Source of the DNA: Bacteroidales bacterium
GTDB lineage: Bacteria > Bacteroidota > Bacteroidia > Bacteroidales > DTU049
Length of the DNA stretch: 64,000 bases
Direction of reading: 5' to 3'
Assembly (NCBI GenBank): GCA_012520175.1
Contig: JAAYOU010000039.1
Location: forward strand, 9,013 to 73,012
A model generated the notes under the pieces. That model saw nothing but the letters and a program-made list of their open reading frames with translations, was not told the origin of the DNA and made no database searches. Below, in pieces: positions 17,650-28,336 of this stretch. The position numbers and the translations under genes are program-made. Position 1 is the first letter of the stretch, and every line of letters starts with the position of its first letter.

Positions 17650-17661
17650 AATATTATCCTG

Positions 17662-18537
17662 ATGAACAGCAAGCTCAGGATTTTTATTATTTGTATAGGA
17701 GTAGCAGCTCTATTATGGTTCTTTAATCACATGAACCGTAATTATACTGTACGCGTATATTTCAACATTAATTATCAAGGATTAAATTTTAAACTGGACG
17801 ATAATGTTATGTCTGAAGTAGAAGCTGATATTTCCGGCACTGGATTTTCATTACTACGCTATAAACGCAAATCTCCGCAAACAATTATTCTTCAATCAAA
17901 AGATTTCAGCTACACAAAGCATAGAGACTCTATATACATAAAAATTATTCCTGAAAAAATACGTAATAAAATTATTGAAATACTACCTTCAAGCGTACAC
18001 TTAGAATCAGTTCAGCACGATATGTTTGTATTATCTTATGCTGAGATAATTTCTAAAGATGTGCCTGTGTTTGCAAGATTTACATTATCAAATACAGAGA
18101 AATGCACTCAATGTGAATCTTATAAAATTCGACCTGAAAAAATAAATATTACTGGTCCACCAAGCATATTGAACAAAATAGATTCTGCTTACACATATCC
18201 AATAAAAATAACAAATTGCGATACTTTTAGGCAAAATGTAAAATTGCAAATTCCAAAGCAAATAAAAAGTAGCACTAATTTTGTAAATGTTTTTGCCGTT
18301 TTTTGCAAAGAAAATCGTGTTGAAAAATTATTGCCCTACAGCATTGAACATCATGGGAAAAATTATAGCGGTAATGTAAAGGTCGTTTTATTAGCACCAG
18401 AAAATGATCCAGATAAAAAAATTAATATTGGATTAAAATCTGAAATACTTGACAATCAAATAGTTTTCAATATAATCAATCAAGAAGGTTGGAAAATATT
18501 AAAATTTAGTCCAAAGTCTATTCCTATAGAAATATGA
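17662..18537 (+). CDS. YbbR/CdaR-like domain protein
   Basis: N-terminal TM, ~290 aa, located between yajC and coaE as in other Bacteroidota. The call is mainly contextual. Confidence 0.45.
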   Translation: MNSKLRIFIICIGVAALLWFFNHMNRNYTVRVYFNINYQGLNFKLDDNVMSEVEADISGTGFSLLRYKRKSPQTIILQSKDFSYTKHRDSIYIKIIPEKIRNKIIEILPSSVHLESVQHDMFVLSYAEIISKDVPVFARFTLSNTEKCTQCESYKIRPEKINITGPPSILNKIDSAYTYPIKITNCDTFRQNVKLQIPKQIKSSTNFVNVFAVFCKENRVEKLLPYSIEHHGKNYSGNVKVVLLAPENDPDKKINIGLKSEILDNQIVFNIINQEGWKILKFSPKSIPIEI

Positions 18538-19118
18538 TTGCTATTGGTCTTACAGGAAATATAGGTAGCGGAAAATCCACTATTGCTAAAATTTTTCAAT
18601 CATTTGGATTTGACTTTTTAGACGCTGATGTAATGGCAAAAGAGTTGTATTATATTGATGAAATAAGGGTGAGAATTGAAAAATTGCTAGGGAAATCCAT
18701 TTTAAATAAAGATGGAAAAGTTGATTACAAAATAATTTCAGAACAATATTTTAATAACGCCGAAATTTATAAATCATTAAATAATATTCTATACCCTGCT
18801 CTGCAACAGAAAATTAAAAAGGAAATTTCAAATTCAAAAAAGAATCTTATTATTGAAGCCGCAATGCTATTTGAAATTGGCTTCTGTTCTTTATACGATT
18901 ATATCATAACTGTTTCTGCTCCTATCGAAGAACGTATAGAGCGTATAAAAAAACGCAACGGATTTTCGACAGAACTTTTCATGGAACGCGAAAAAAATCA
19001 ATCATCTGCAAGTTGGAAAGAGCAAAATTCCGATTTTGTTATCTACAACAATAATGGCACAGAACTAATTCCACAAGTTAGCAATATCCTTAAAAAAATA
19101 GGTATTGAATTAGCCTAA
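18534..19118 (+). CDS. coaE: Dephospho-CoA kinase
   Basis: IGLTGNIGSGKST P-loop at the N-terminus, ~194 aa. The start overlaps the upstream stop (ATGA). Confidence 0.9.
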   Translation: MIAIGLTGNIGSGKSTIAKIFQSFGFDFLDADVMAKELYYIDEIRVRIEKLLGKSILNKDGKVDYKIISEQYFNNAEIYKSLNNILYPALQQKIKKEISNSKKNLIIEAAMLFEIGFCSLYDYIITVSAPIEERIERIKKRNGFSTELFMEREKNQSSASWKEQNSDFVIYNNNGTELIPQVSNILKKIGIELA

Positions 19119-19817
19119 GTTTAGATAAAAATCAGAGGTAAAATTTTTATATTCATTTGTGAAATGCATAGTTTCATCTTGAATAATCAATCTTTCTGAC
19201 TTAAAAGTTAATGTCTGGTTTCTTGAAAATGACAATATTTTTCTAAATGGCTTTTTTATTGTTGAAAATATCACCAATTCATAATTTAAGAACAGTTTTT
19301 TATTGTACATAACACTTTCAAAATTTATTGAAAGTTCAATTGGCAAAATAATATCAAATATTCCGTCATGTGATAATAAGATTTCTACACTATCAGCAAT
19401 ATCTTCAAAAGATAAAAAACTATTATGCTTTGAATTGACTTTTTTACTATCACTTGGTTTCAAAGAATTAAAGAAGAACGGCGGATTTGTAACAATTTTA
19501 TCAAAAATATTTTTGTGTTTTTTTGCAAGTTCCTGCAATGAAATGCAATTAGCATATAATCTATCATTCCATGGCGAGTTAGAAAAATTTTCCTTTGCTT
19601 GAAAAACGGAAGGCTCATCAATATCAATTGCCAAAATTCTTCCTGTAGATTTTTGAGCAAGCATTAAAGCTATTAATCCGCAGCCTGTGCCTATATCAAG
19701 GGCATAATTAAAATCTTTTTTTCCGCTATAAACGCCAAGCAAAACGCCATCAGTGCCAACTTTCATTGTAGAATTTTGGTCGAAAATTTGGAATTTTTTA
19801 AAAATAAATGGTTTCAT
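19110..19817 (-). CDS. tRNA1(Val) (adenine37-N6)-methyltransferase (TrmN6/YfiC-like)
   Basis: FKKFQIFDQNSTMKVGTDGVLLG N-terminus, SAM motif LDIGTGCGLIALMLAQ, catalytic NPPFF. Confidence 0.8.
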   Translation of the reverse strand: MKPFIFKKFQIFDQNSTMKVGTDGVLLGVYSGKKDFNYALDIGTGCGLIALMLAQKSTGRILAIDIDEPSVFQAKENFSNSPWNDRLYANCISLQELAKKHKNIFDKIVTNPPFFFNSLKPSDSKKVNSKHNSFLSFEDIADSVEILLSHDGIFDIILPIELSINFESVMYNKKLFLNYELVIFSTIKKPFRKILSFSRNQTLTFKSERLIIQDETMHFTNEYKNFTSDFYLNLG

Positions 19818-19857
19818 CTATTCTAAAAATGACAAAATAATGCCTCAATTAAAAAAA

Positions 19858-20367
19858 TTAATCATTCAAATTTATTAGTCCTTCGGGCGTATTTACGGTA
19901 ATTTGCTTTTTATCGTAATCAATTTCTGAAATAAATTCATCAACAAAAGGAATTAATATTTCCTTTCCATCATTTTCCACAATCATAATTTCCTGCAATC
20001 CTTTATGGAAATAAGCTACAGAACCCACAAAGCCAAACTCAACATCATAAACATTAAAACCTGTCAATAAATCTACTGGGAAATTATCTTTTTCAATATA
20101 TAAATTATCGCCAGAAACAAATACGTTGCAAAAAACTAATTTTTCAGCTTGTGTTTTATCAAAATAATCTTCAAATATTATGTACCACTCGTTAGGTAGA
20201 GGATCTCTTAAAGACGATATAAAAAAAGGAACCTTTATCTCCTCAAAATCAAGAAATAAAGGTTCTTTATTACTTTTAGGGCATTTGCCATTTTCAAATT
20301 TCACCAAGACCTCGCCATTAACACCATGAGTCTTAACAACTCTGCCTATTTTCACAAGGTCTTCCAT
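19858..20367 (-). CDS. rimM: Ribosome maturation factor RimM
   Basis: KIGRVVKTHGVNGEVLVKF N-terminal barrel motif. It lies directly downstream of rpsP. Confidence 0.85.
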   Translation of the reverse strand: MEDLVKIGRVVKTHGVNGEVLVKFENGKCPKSNKEPLFLDFEEIKVPFFISSLRDPLPNEWYIIFEDYFDKTQAEKLVFCNVFVSGDNLYIEKDNFPVDLLTGFNVYDVEFGFVGSVAYFHKGLQEIMIVENDGKEILIPFVDEFISEIDYDKKQITVNTPEGLINLND

Positions 20368-20378
20368 AAGCTAAAAAT

Positions 20379-21146
20379 TTATTCAGCTTTAGGTTCTTCT
20401 TCGGTTGGATTTGAAGTATTTTCTTCAGTTGGCTGATTTTCAGTTTCGGCGGCAGGAGCAGTTTCAGTAGCTGTTTCAGCGGCAGGAGCAGTTTCAGCAG
20501 TAGGAGCTGTTTCTACGGTTTTAGCTTCAGGAGTAGTTTCAGCGGCTGTTTCGGCTACAAGAGCTGTTTCTGGAGCAACTTCTGCAGCAGGAGTTGCTTC
20601 GGCTTTAGGAGCAGTTTCAGTAGTTTCAGCAACAGGAGCGGCTTCAGCTTCAGCAGCAGCTTGTTCTGCTTTTTGAGCAGCAATCTCAGCTTGACGTTTC
20701 TCAGCTAAAACTTTTTCTCTGTTTTCTTTTACTTTTTTCTCAGCTTCGATACGTTTTTTGTTTTTATCTCTTGCAGCATCTACTGCGTTTTTAGCTTTTT
20801 GCTCAATTTTGCTTGCTTTTTCTTGCAACCATTTTTCAAACTTAGCATCAGCTTGTTCTTGTGTCATCGCACCTTTTGCTACACCAAGATTCAAATGATG
20901 ACGCATCATTACTCCTTTATAAGAGAGTATAGCACGAGCAGTGTCTGTAGGTACTGCACCTGTTTTTACCCAATACAAGGCTCTTTCAAAATTAATTTCA
21001 ATTGTTGCAGGCACAGTTATAGGATTGTAAATGCCAATATTTTCAATAAATTTACCATCCCGTGGTGCACGATTGTCTGCTACAACAATATGGTAGAAAG
21101 GCGATGCTTTCTTTCCAAATCTTTGTAATCTGATTTTTGTTGGCAT
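20379..21146 (-). CDS. rpsP: 30S ribosomal protein S16 with a long acidic Ala/Glu/Thr/Pro-rich C-terminal extension
   Basis: MPTKIRLQRFGKKASPFYHIVVADNRAPRDGKFIENIGIYNP is a canonical S16 N-terminus. The C-terminal ~140 aa form a charged helix followed by ETAPAAETA-type repeats. Confidence 0.95.
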   Translation of the reverse strand: MPTKIRLQRFGKKASPFYHIVVADNRAPRDGKFIENIGIYNPITVPATIEINFERALYWVKTGAVPTDTARAILSYKGVMMRHHLNLGVAKGAMTQEQADAKFEKWLQEKASKIEQKAKNAVDAARDKNKKRIEAEKKVKENREKVLAEKRQAEIAAQKAEQAAAEAEAAPVAETTETAPKAEATPAAEVAPETALVAETAAETTPEAKTVETAPTAETAPAAETATETAPAAETENQPTEENTSNPTEEEPKAE

Positions 21147-21217
21147 ATTTCTTTTATTTAATTAGGGGTGCAAATTTCCGACTATTTTTTTAATTAACCA
21201 AATTTTTATGAAAATAT

Positions 21218-23026
21218 TTACAGCAATCCTCCATTTTGATAAATTTCGAGTTGAACAGGATAGAACGGATTAATTTTTGCTGATTTGGATTTCGTTTTAT
21301 TAGTAATTTCTCCTGTTTCAAAATTCACTTGCAAAATGTCGCCATCTTCAAGGTTTAAATCTTCAATTTGCTCTTGCTTATAAGTTAAAATCGGCATGGC
21401 AGCATTAATAGCATTACGTTCATATATCGCACCGAAGGATTCAGCTATAATACATGATACTCCTAACGATGTAAAGCAATCAACTGCTTGCTGACGAGAA
21501 GAACCTGCTCCAAAGTTTTTTGTAGTAACAATTATATCGCCACTTCTAGCTCTTTTAGCAAAATCTTCATATCCTTTTAGGTTATCAAAAGCATATTGTC
21601 CCATTTCTTTAATGTCGGTAATAGTTAGATACCTATTGTGGAAAATCATGTCTGTATCTATATCGTCTTTTTTTATAACCCAAACGCGACCTTCAACAAT
21701 ATTAGGTTTTTTGCTTGTTTCCTTCTTTTTAGCTGTTTCAGCGAAGGTACTTTCTTTTACTTCAAATTTAGCAGGAGTGTCTGGAATGCTATCAGGAGTT
21801 GTAATATAACCCGCTACAGCACTAGCCGCAACAACTGCTGGCGAAGCCAAATAAACATATCCTTTTCCTTGCTTTCCTGCGAAATTGCGGTTTCCTGTTG
21901 ATATTGTAACTTCTTCAGGTCCATTTTGACCAACTTGACCGGCAGCACAACCAGCACAACCAGCATTAGAAAACAAAGCTCCAGCATCTTTAAAGATTTT
22001 AACCAAGCCTTCTTCTAAACATTGCTTCCAAATATCATTAGTTGCTGGAACAATCTTTAAAACCACACCCGGAGCTACTTTTCTACCTTTAAGTATAGCA
22101 GCTGCAATGCGCATATCTTCCATACGTCCGTTTGTGCAACTTCCAATAAAAGCAGAATCTATTTTAGTTCCTTTTTTTGCAGATACAGCTTCATTATCAT
22201 GAGGATGTCCGGGCAATGCAAGCATCGGAATAAATTTTTCTATATCAATTTCATGCACTTGAGCATATTCGGCATCAGCATCAGCACTAATAATATCGAA
22301 TTTCTTTCCGCTTAATTTTTCAATTTCATCAATAATGCCTTTTGTTGGAGTAAACAATAAAATAATTGCTCCCATTTCGGTTCCCATAGAAGCTATTGTA
22401 ATTCTTTCATCGAGCGACAATTTGTCAATTGCATCGCCATAAAATTCCACAGAATATCCCAACAAGCTATTTGCACCGAATTTAGCAAGAAGGTTTAAAA
22501 TAATGTCTTTAGCTGAAACATTATCAGGTTTTTTACCTTTAAAAACCAATTTCACAGATTCAGGAACTTTAAACCACACTGAGCCTTTAGCCCAAGTGGC
22601 AGCAATGTCTTGGTCGCCCATTCCTTGTCCAAAAGCGCCTATAGCTCCCATTATGTTAGCATGAGAATCTGTTGAAACAAAAGTAGAGCCAGGCCACACC
22701 ATACCTTTTTCAATAGCTATATGGGTGCCAATTCCAGCATCAATGTCGTAAACTTTAATATTGTTTTTACGAGCAAACAACCTGCAATAATGCTGATTAG
22801 CAGCATATTTCTGGTCTGAGCCTGTTGGATTACAGTCGAATGTAAAAACAGTTCTTGACGGATCGTCTATAGACAAGCCATTGTCAACAATATTTTTCAC
22901 AACATTAGCGCCACCAAAGTCGCGTGCAGCCCTTGTATCAATAAAAACATCAACAATATCACCATGTTTCACGTCTTTTTGATTACAATGATTTGCAATA
23001 ATCTTTTCAATTAATGTTTGTTTCAT
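21218..23026 (-). CDS. Aconitase-family hydro-lyase, fused large and small subunits (LeuC/HacA-like plus LeuD/HacB-like)
   Basis: The N-terminal ~420 aa carry STDSHAN, GSCTNGR and GCAGCAAG cluster-ligand regions of archaeal-type isopropylmalate/homoaconitate dehydratase large subunits. The C-terminal ~165 aa (VWVIKKDDIDTDMI...NFGAGSSRQQAV) are LeuD-like. Confidence 0.8.
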   Translation of the reverse strand: MKQTLIEKIIANHCNQKDVKHGDIVDVFIDTRAARDFGGANVVKNIVDNGLSIDDPSRTVFTFDCNPTGSDQKYAANQHYCRLFARKNNIKVYDIDAGIGTHIAIEKGMVWPGSTFVSTDSHANIMGAIGAFGQGMGDQDIAATWAKGSVWFKVPESVKLVFKGKKPDNVSAKDIILNLLAKFGANSLLGYSVEFYGDAIDKLSLDERITIASMGTEMGAIILLFTPTKGIIDEIEKLSGKKFDIISADADAEYAQVHEIDIEKFIPMLALPGHPHDNEAVSAKKGTKIDSAFIGSCTNGRMEDMRIAAAILKGRKVAPGVVLKIVPATNDIWKQCLEEGLVKIFKDAGALFSNAGCAGCAAGQVGQNGPEEVTISTGNRNFAGKQGKGYVYLASPAVVAASAVAGYITTPDSIPDTPAKFEVKESTFAETAKKKETSKKPNIVEGRVWVIKKDDIDTDMIFHNRYLTITDIKEMGQYAFDNLKGYEDFAKRARSGDIIVTTKNFGAGSSRQQAVDCFTSLGVSCIIAESFGAIYERNAINAAMPILTYKQEQIEDLNLEDGDILQVNFETGEITNKTKSKSAKINPFYPVQLEIYQNGGLL

Positions 23027-23050
23027 TTTTATCTTTTTTAAGTTATAAAA

Positions 23051-25147
23051 CTAAATATTTTTCACGTATTTATCTAACCAAGCTTTAAACTCTCGCTGCC
23101 ATAGAATTGCATTTTGAGGTTTTAAAACCCAATGATTTTCTTCTGGAAATAATACCAATCTAGCTGGTACTCCTAAGATTTTAGCAGCAGTAAAAGCTTG
23201 AATTGCTTGCGTATAAGAAATTCTATAATCTTTTTCGCCATGGAAAATTAATATAGGTGTATCCCATTTATCCACAAACAGATGTGGACTGCTTTTATAT
23301 GATTTTTGAGCAATTAAATTATTTTTATCCCAATAAGGTCCACCTAAATCCCAATTTACAAACCATAGCTCTTCTGTTTCAAGATATTGACTTTCGAGAT
23401 TGAACATCCCATCATGAGCTATAAATGCCTTAAAGCGCTTATCGTGATTCCCCGCGAGCCAAAATACCGAAAAGCCACCATAACTAGCTCCCACAGCAGC
23501 CATTCTATCTTCATCAGCCCAACTTTCCTTAGCCACAGCATCTATTGCTGAAAGATAATCTTTCATATTTTGACCACCATAATCTCCGCTAATTTGCTCA
23601 ACCCATTCTTGTCCAAATCCTGTAGTTCCTCGCCTATTTGGAGCAACAATCACATAACCATTGGCTGCCATCATTTGAAAGTTCCATCTATAGCTCCAAA
23701 ACTGACCTACCATGCCTTGAGGTCCGCCAGAACAATATAAAATAAGCGGATATTTTTTCGTTGAATCAAAATCGGGAGGATATATAACCCAAGTGAGCAT
23801 TTGCTTATTATCCGTTGTTAAAATTCTTCTTTCTTCTACCCTACCCATCTTCAATTGAGAAAGCAAATCTTTATTTACAAATGAAATTTCTTCGCCTTCA
23901 CCGCCATTTATGCTAATTTTATAAATTTCATCTGGTTTAGAAATGCTATGTTGCTGAGCAATAATGGTGTTATCACAAATTTTATAATCTACATAATCGC
24001 AAATTCCCTTAGAAATTTGAGAAATTTTATTGTCTTTCAACTCTATGCTGTAAATATGCCTTGTTCCCTGCCAATCGCTCAGAAAATATATTTTTGAATC
24101 ATCTTTGCTCCAAGTTAAATGCTCTATACTTTGGTCAAAATCCTTAGCATGTTCAGTTTTTTCGCCTGTATTCAAATCCATTGTAAAAAGCCTCAATTTG
24201 TCTGACTCATAGCCATCTCTCTGCATACTTTCCCAAGCAATTTTTTTGCCGTCATTACTAAAAACTGGATTCCAATCATATCCATTCATTCCATCAGTAA
24301 TATTTTCGGTCTTTCCTGTTTTTAAATCATATAAATAAATATCAGTATTAGTTGAAAGCGAATATTCCAATCCTTTTTTCTTCCTGCATGTATATGCAAT
24401 TGTATTTCCGTCTGGCGACCAAGTAATTTGCTCCATTCCACCAAATGGTTTTTGTGGCACTTCAAAAGGCTCGTCATTCAATAAATCCTTGCCATTTTCC
24501 ATTTTCCAATTATTTACAGGAGCCACAAACAAATGACTTTGGCTTGTAGTCCACTCGTCCCAATGCCTAAACATTAAATCATCAATAATACGAGCGTCTG
24601 ATTTATCCAAATCGCTGTAAATATCTGTGCATTTTTTCAAAGGAATATCCTTGATATAAGCAATATTTTTTTCATCTGGCGATAATAAAAAGCCATTTAT
24701 TCCTCCTTCTATACTTGAAATTTGAGTTTTATTTGCGCCATCTGAATTTACTTTAAAAATTTGCATCTCTTTTTTCTCATCAGGAGCAAGGAATAGAATT
24801 TCATTATTATTCGTCCAAACAGCATTATACTCATTGGAGCTAGAATTTGTAATATTCTTTTTATTTGCTCCATCAATGCTCATCGTGTACAAATCTCTGT
24901 TTCCTTTGTTTTGTTTCCAATCATACCACGTTACTCCAAAAAGAATATTCTTTTGGTCAGGACTTACGTTTATCTCAGAAACTCTACCAAAAGCCCACAT
25001 TAATTCTGGAGTTAAAATATTGCTTTCAAGTTTGAAATTCTGCTGTCCGATAACATCAGACTCAATTTTATCATTATCTTTATTTTGTTTACATGAAAAA
25101 ACAGTACACAAAACAAAAACGGCTAATACAAAAGTTTTTATTTTCAT
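23051..25147 (-). CDS. S9 family serine peptidase (prolyl oligopeptidase/DPP family) with an N-terminal beta-propeller
   Basis: Lipoprotein-like signal (VFSC), TolB-like propeller repeats, nucleophile motif GASYGG, C-terminal ...HGEKDYRI...ENHW. Confidence 0.9.
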   Translation of the reverse strand: MKIKTFVLAVFVLCTVFSCKQNKDNDKIESDVIGQQNFKLESNILTPELMWAFGRVSEINVSPDQKNILFGVTWYDWKQNKGNRDLYTMSIDGANKKNITNSSSNEYNAVWTNNNEILFLAPDEKKEMQIFKVNSDGANKTQISSIEGGINGFLLSPDEKNIAYIKDIPLKKCTDIYSDLDKSDARIIDDLMFRHWDEWTTSQSHLFVAPVNNWKMENGKDLLNDEPFEVPQKPFGGMEQITWSPDGNTIAYTCRKKKGLEYSLSTNTDIYLYDLKTGKTENITDGMNGYDWNPVFSNDGKKIAWESMQRDGYESDKLRLFTMDLNTGEKTEHAKDFDQSIEHLTWSKDDSKIYFLSDWQGTRHIYSIELKDNKISQISKGICDYVDYKICDNTIIAQQHSISKPDEIYKISINGGEGEEISFVNKDLLSQLKMGRVEERRILTTDNKQMLTWVIYPPDFDSTKKYPLILYCSGGPQGMVGQFWSYRWNFQMMAANGYVIVAPNRRGTTGFGQEWVEQISGDYGGQNMKDYLSAIDAVAKESWADEDRMAAVGASYGGFSVFWLAGNHDKRFKAFIAHDGMFNLESQYLETEELWFVNWDLGGPYWDKNNLIAQKSYKSSPHLFVDKWDTPILIFHGEKDYRISYTQAIQAFTAAKILGVPARLVLFPEENHWVLKPQNAILWQREFKAWLDKYVKNI

Positions 25148-25150
25148 AAA

Positions 25151-26164
25151 TTATTTATTTTCAATTCTTTCAAGTGCTTTTAACGCATTTTCGTAATTAT
25201 GTTTTAGGCTAAGAGCTTTATTATAATCACTTCTTGCATTATCAAATTGATTAAGTTGCTCATAAGACAAGCCTCTGTTAAAATAAGCTTCGGCATACGT
25301 AGGATCAGACTCAATAGCTCTAGTGAAATACTCTATCGCTTTATTATAATTTTCAAAATAAACAAGGTTTATGTAACCGATATTATACCACGCAGCTTTA
25401 TTGTGAGGATCAATAGTTAATAAAGCATTATATTGCGAAAAAGCCTCATCAAACAATCCGTGCTCTTGGAGCCACAATCCATAATTATAATGCGCTTCAA
25501 CTGATTCTGGTCTAATTCTCACAGCCGTTTTAAGATAATTTCCTGCAATCGGATCTTTTTTATTATCAAAAATTTTGCCTAGCATGATAAATGCATCATA
25601 GTATTCTGCATCATTTTGCGTAGCTTTTTGCATGGCGGTAATAGCTTTAGCTGTATCATCCTGCTCTAAATGAGCAAATCCTTTTATAAAATACGCCGGA
25701 GCATTATAATTATCAATTTCTATAGCTTTATTTGCATACAAATAAACCTTTTCATAGTCTTGCAAAAACAAATTTAATTCAGCTAATTTCAAGCTTGGTT
25801 CTGGATTTCGCGGGTCCATATCAAAAGCATTTATTAGCGATTTCTTTGACAACTCAATATTTCCCATTGCCAAATAAATGTCTCCAAGCAAAATATGATA
25901 TTCAGTTTTCTCCGAATTTATTTGCAAAGCCATACGCACATCAGCCAATGCTTTTTCAGTTTTACCAATTGCTAAATACAATTCAGCTCGTTGTTTGTAA
26001 AGACTATCAATATTAGGATTTTTATTGATTTGCTGCGTAATAAGTTCTATTGGCGACACTATTGAATCTTTTTTTGCTGCATCATCTTTAGATGAGCTTC
26101 CGCTGCAAGATACCAAATAAAACGATACTACAACAATTAGTAAATAAGTGATTTTTATTTTCAT
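25151..26164 (-). CDS. TPR-repeat lipoprotein
   Basis: Lipobox LVSC followed by at least 7 TPR-like A-x-Y-N-x-G repeats ([19 protein letters not shown] etc.). Confidence 0.8.
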   Translation of the reverse strand: MKIKITYLLIVVVSFYLVSCSGSSSKDDAAKKDSIVSPIELITQQINKNPNIDSLYKQRAELYLAIGKTEKALADVRMALQINSEKTEYHILLGDIYLAMGNIELSKKSLINAFDMDPRNPEPSLKLAELNLFLQDYEKVYLYANKAIEIDNYNAPAYFIKGFAHLEQDDTAKAITAMQKATQNDAEYYDAFIMLGKIFDNKKDPIAGNYLKTAVRIRPESVEAHYNYGLWLQEHGLFDEAFSQYNALLTIDPHNKAAWYNIGYINLVYFENYNKAIEYFTRAIESDPTYAEAYFNRGLSYEQLNQFDNARSDYNKALSLKHNYENALKALERIENK

Positions 26165-27174
26165 TCAGCAAGAAGTTTTTCTTTAATTTTATTTTCAATT
26201 TCTTCAGCAAGTTCTGGATTATCAGCTAGTAAATTTTTCACAGCTTCGCGACCTTGACCTAATTTGGTATCTCCATAGCTAAACCAAGAGCCACTTTTTT
26301 TAACAATATCAAGCTCAACACCCATATCGACAAGCTCACCCATCTTAGAAAATCCCTGTCCATAAATTATATCCAATTCAGCTTGTTGAAACGGAGGAGC
26401 TACCTTGTTTTTAACAATTTTCACTCTTACTCTATTACCTATAACATTTTCACCTTCTTTTATTTGCGACACTCTACGAATATCCACACGAATAGAAGAA
26501 TAGAATTTAAGAGCATTTCCACCAGTTGTAGTTTCTGGATTTCCAAACAGAATACCAATTTTTTCTCTTAACTGGTTAATAAAAATACAAACACAACGGG
26601 TTTTAGAAATAGTTGCTGTTAATTTACGCAATGCTTGCGACATCAAACGAGCATGCAATCCCATTTTTGAATCGCCCATTTCACCTTCTATTTCGCTTTT
26701 TGGAGTTAAAGCAGCCACAGAGTCAATAACAATAATATCTATAGCACCGCTTCGGATAAGATTTTCAGTTATCTCAAGAGCTTGCTCGCCGTTGTCAGGC
26801 TGCGAAATAAGTAAGTTTTCAACATCTACGCCAAGTTTTTTCGCATAATTTATGTCGAAAGCATGTTCAGCATCAATAAAAGCAGCAATACCACCTTTTT
26901 TCTGGGCTTCTGCAATAGCATGAATAGCTAAAGTTGTTTTACCAGAACTTTCTGGTCCGAAGATTTCAACCACTCTACCACGTGGAAAGCCACCTACACC
27001 AATTGCCACATCAATACCAATGCTTCCTGTAGAAATTACATCAAGTTCTTCAATAGGATTATCGCCTAATTTCATTACCGTACCTTTACCATAAGTTTTT
27101 TCAATACGGTCTATTGTCATTTGTAATGCTTTTAGTTTTTCAGAGTTTGCCGAGTTTTCTTTTTCTTTGCTCAT
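26161..27174 (-). CDS. recA: Recombinase RecA
   Basis: [23 protein letters not shown], Walker [12 protein letters not shown], and IDSVAAL...[12 protein letters not shown]. Confidence 0.98.
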   Translation of the reverse strand: MSKEKENSANSEKLKALQMTIDRIEKTYGKGTVMKLGDNPIEELDVISTGSIGIDVAIGVGGFPRGRVVEIFGPESSGKTTLAIHAIAEAQKKGGIAAFIDAEHAFDINYAKKLGVDVENLLISQPDNGEQALEITENLIRSGAIDIIVIDSVAALTPKSEIEGEMGDSKMGLHARLMSQALRKLTATISKTRCVCIFINQLREKIGILFGNPETTTGGNALKFYSSIRVDIRRVSQIKEGENVIGNRVRVKIVKNKVAPPFQQAELDIIYGQGFSKMGELVDMGVELDIVKKSGSWFSYGDTKLGQGREAVKNLLADNPELAEEIENKIKEKLLAE

Positions 27175-27181
27175 ATCTTTA

Positions 27182-27634
27182 TTATTTAATTATTTTCAAA
27201 ATTTGTTCGCTGTGTTTTTTTGTTTCAACCTTAGAAATAACTTCTTCTATTATCCCATTTTCATCAATAATAAAAGTTGTTCTCAATATTCCATCATATG
27301 TTTTTCCCATAAATTTTTTCGGACCCCAAACGCCATAAGATTTAATAATAGATTTATCAGTGTCGGGAATCAAAGGAAAAGGCAATGAATTTTTTTCAGC
27401 GAATTTCTTATGCGATGCTTCGCTATCTGCACTTACTCCTATGACTTCATATCCTTTTTTGAGCCACATTTCGTAGTTGTCTCTTAAATTGCACGCTTGA
27501 CTTGTGCAGCCGGGAGTTGAATCTTTTGGATAAAAATATAAAATTACTTTTTCACCTCTTAACTCACTGAGTTTCACATCCTTACCCTCGTTGTTTTTAT
27601 AAATAAAATCCGGAGCTAAATCGCCTTTTTCCAT
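27182..27634 (-). CDS. bcp: Thioredoxin-dependent thiol peroxidase (BCP/PrxQ)
   Basis: 150 aa with [16 protein letters not shown] (peroxidatic and resolving Cys spacing of BCP). Confidence 0.9.
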   Translation of the reverse strand: MEKGDLAPDFIYKNNEGKDVKLSELRGEKVILYFYPKDSTPGCTSQACNLRDNYEMWLKKGYEVIGVSADSEASHKKFAEKNSLPFPLIPDTDKSIIKSYGVWGPKKFMGKTYDGILRTTFIIDENGIIEEVISKVETKKHSEQILKIIK

Positions 27635-27693
27635 ATCAAAATTTTGTTTAAAATTAACATTAATAATAATTATACAATAAAAATTTTTTCAAC

Positions 27694-27701
27694 AATCGAA
27701 G
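27694..27701 (-). promoter_or_regulatory. Candidate -7 promoter element (TATCTTTG) for bcp-recA
   Basis: CAAAGATA on the + strand is TATCTTTG on the minus strand, about 60 nt upstream of the bcp ATG. Confidence 0.4.
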
Positions 27702-27820
27702 GCAAAGATAATATGTAAAAATGATTTTAGTCGTTTTTAAGTAATTATATCCATTTATAAACGAATATAATTATTTGTTGTCGGCTAAGCATCAATTAAA
27801 TCAAAGAATTAAAAAAAACA

Positions 27821-28336
27821 TCAATTATTTGTTTTCTTTAACATTTTTTCAAAATCGGATATTTTAGATATGATTTTATTTTTCAGCACCATAACATCGC
27901 CCGTCATATTTCCAAAAGTATGACCTCCACAAAAATGAATTAACCCATCAAAAATAATTTTTTCCGATTTATTCATAGTTTTTAGCAAACATGTATAACC
28001 GCCCATGCAACCTGTATTTTTAACATTTGGCACGCTACTAAACCCGATTGAATCGTAAGTTTCTAAAATATCAAGATAATCTTTCTTTTCAATTTTAATG
28101 GTTGTATCTGTAATTGTTTCGCCAAAACTAGTTACCAAAACTCCAATATTTTGTTCATCAATCGTAAACTTAATATTTCTCGTTGTTTTAGGCGAAACAG
28201 GTGCTTCGATATATTCTAAAACAAGCTTATTAACTTTTTTACTGTTTTTACAACATTCTAAACTTTTGCAAGAAATAGCAAAAAAAGGAATTAATATTAT
28301 AAGTAAATATTTCATATTTTTTAATATTTCAACCAT
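27821..28336 (-). CDS. Hypothetical lipoprotein
   Basis: MKYLLIILIPFFAISC lipobox (likely true start at the internal Met). No recognised domain. Its upstream end overlaps the preceding ABC permease gene by 16 nt in the track model. Confidence 0.55.
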   Translation of the reverse strand: MVEILKNMKYLLIILIPFFAISCKSLECCKNSKKVNKLVLEYIEAPVSPKTTRNIKFTIDEQNIGVLVTSFGETITDTTIKIEKKDYLDILETYDSIGFSSVPNVKNTGCMGGYTCLLKTMNKSEKIIFDGLIHFCGGHTFGNMTGDVMVLKNKIISKISDFEKMLKKTNN

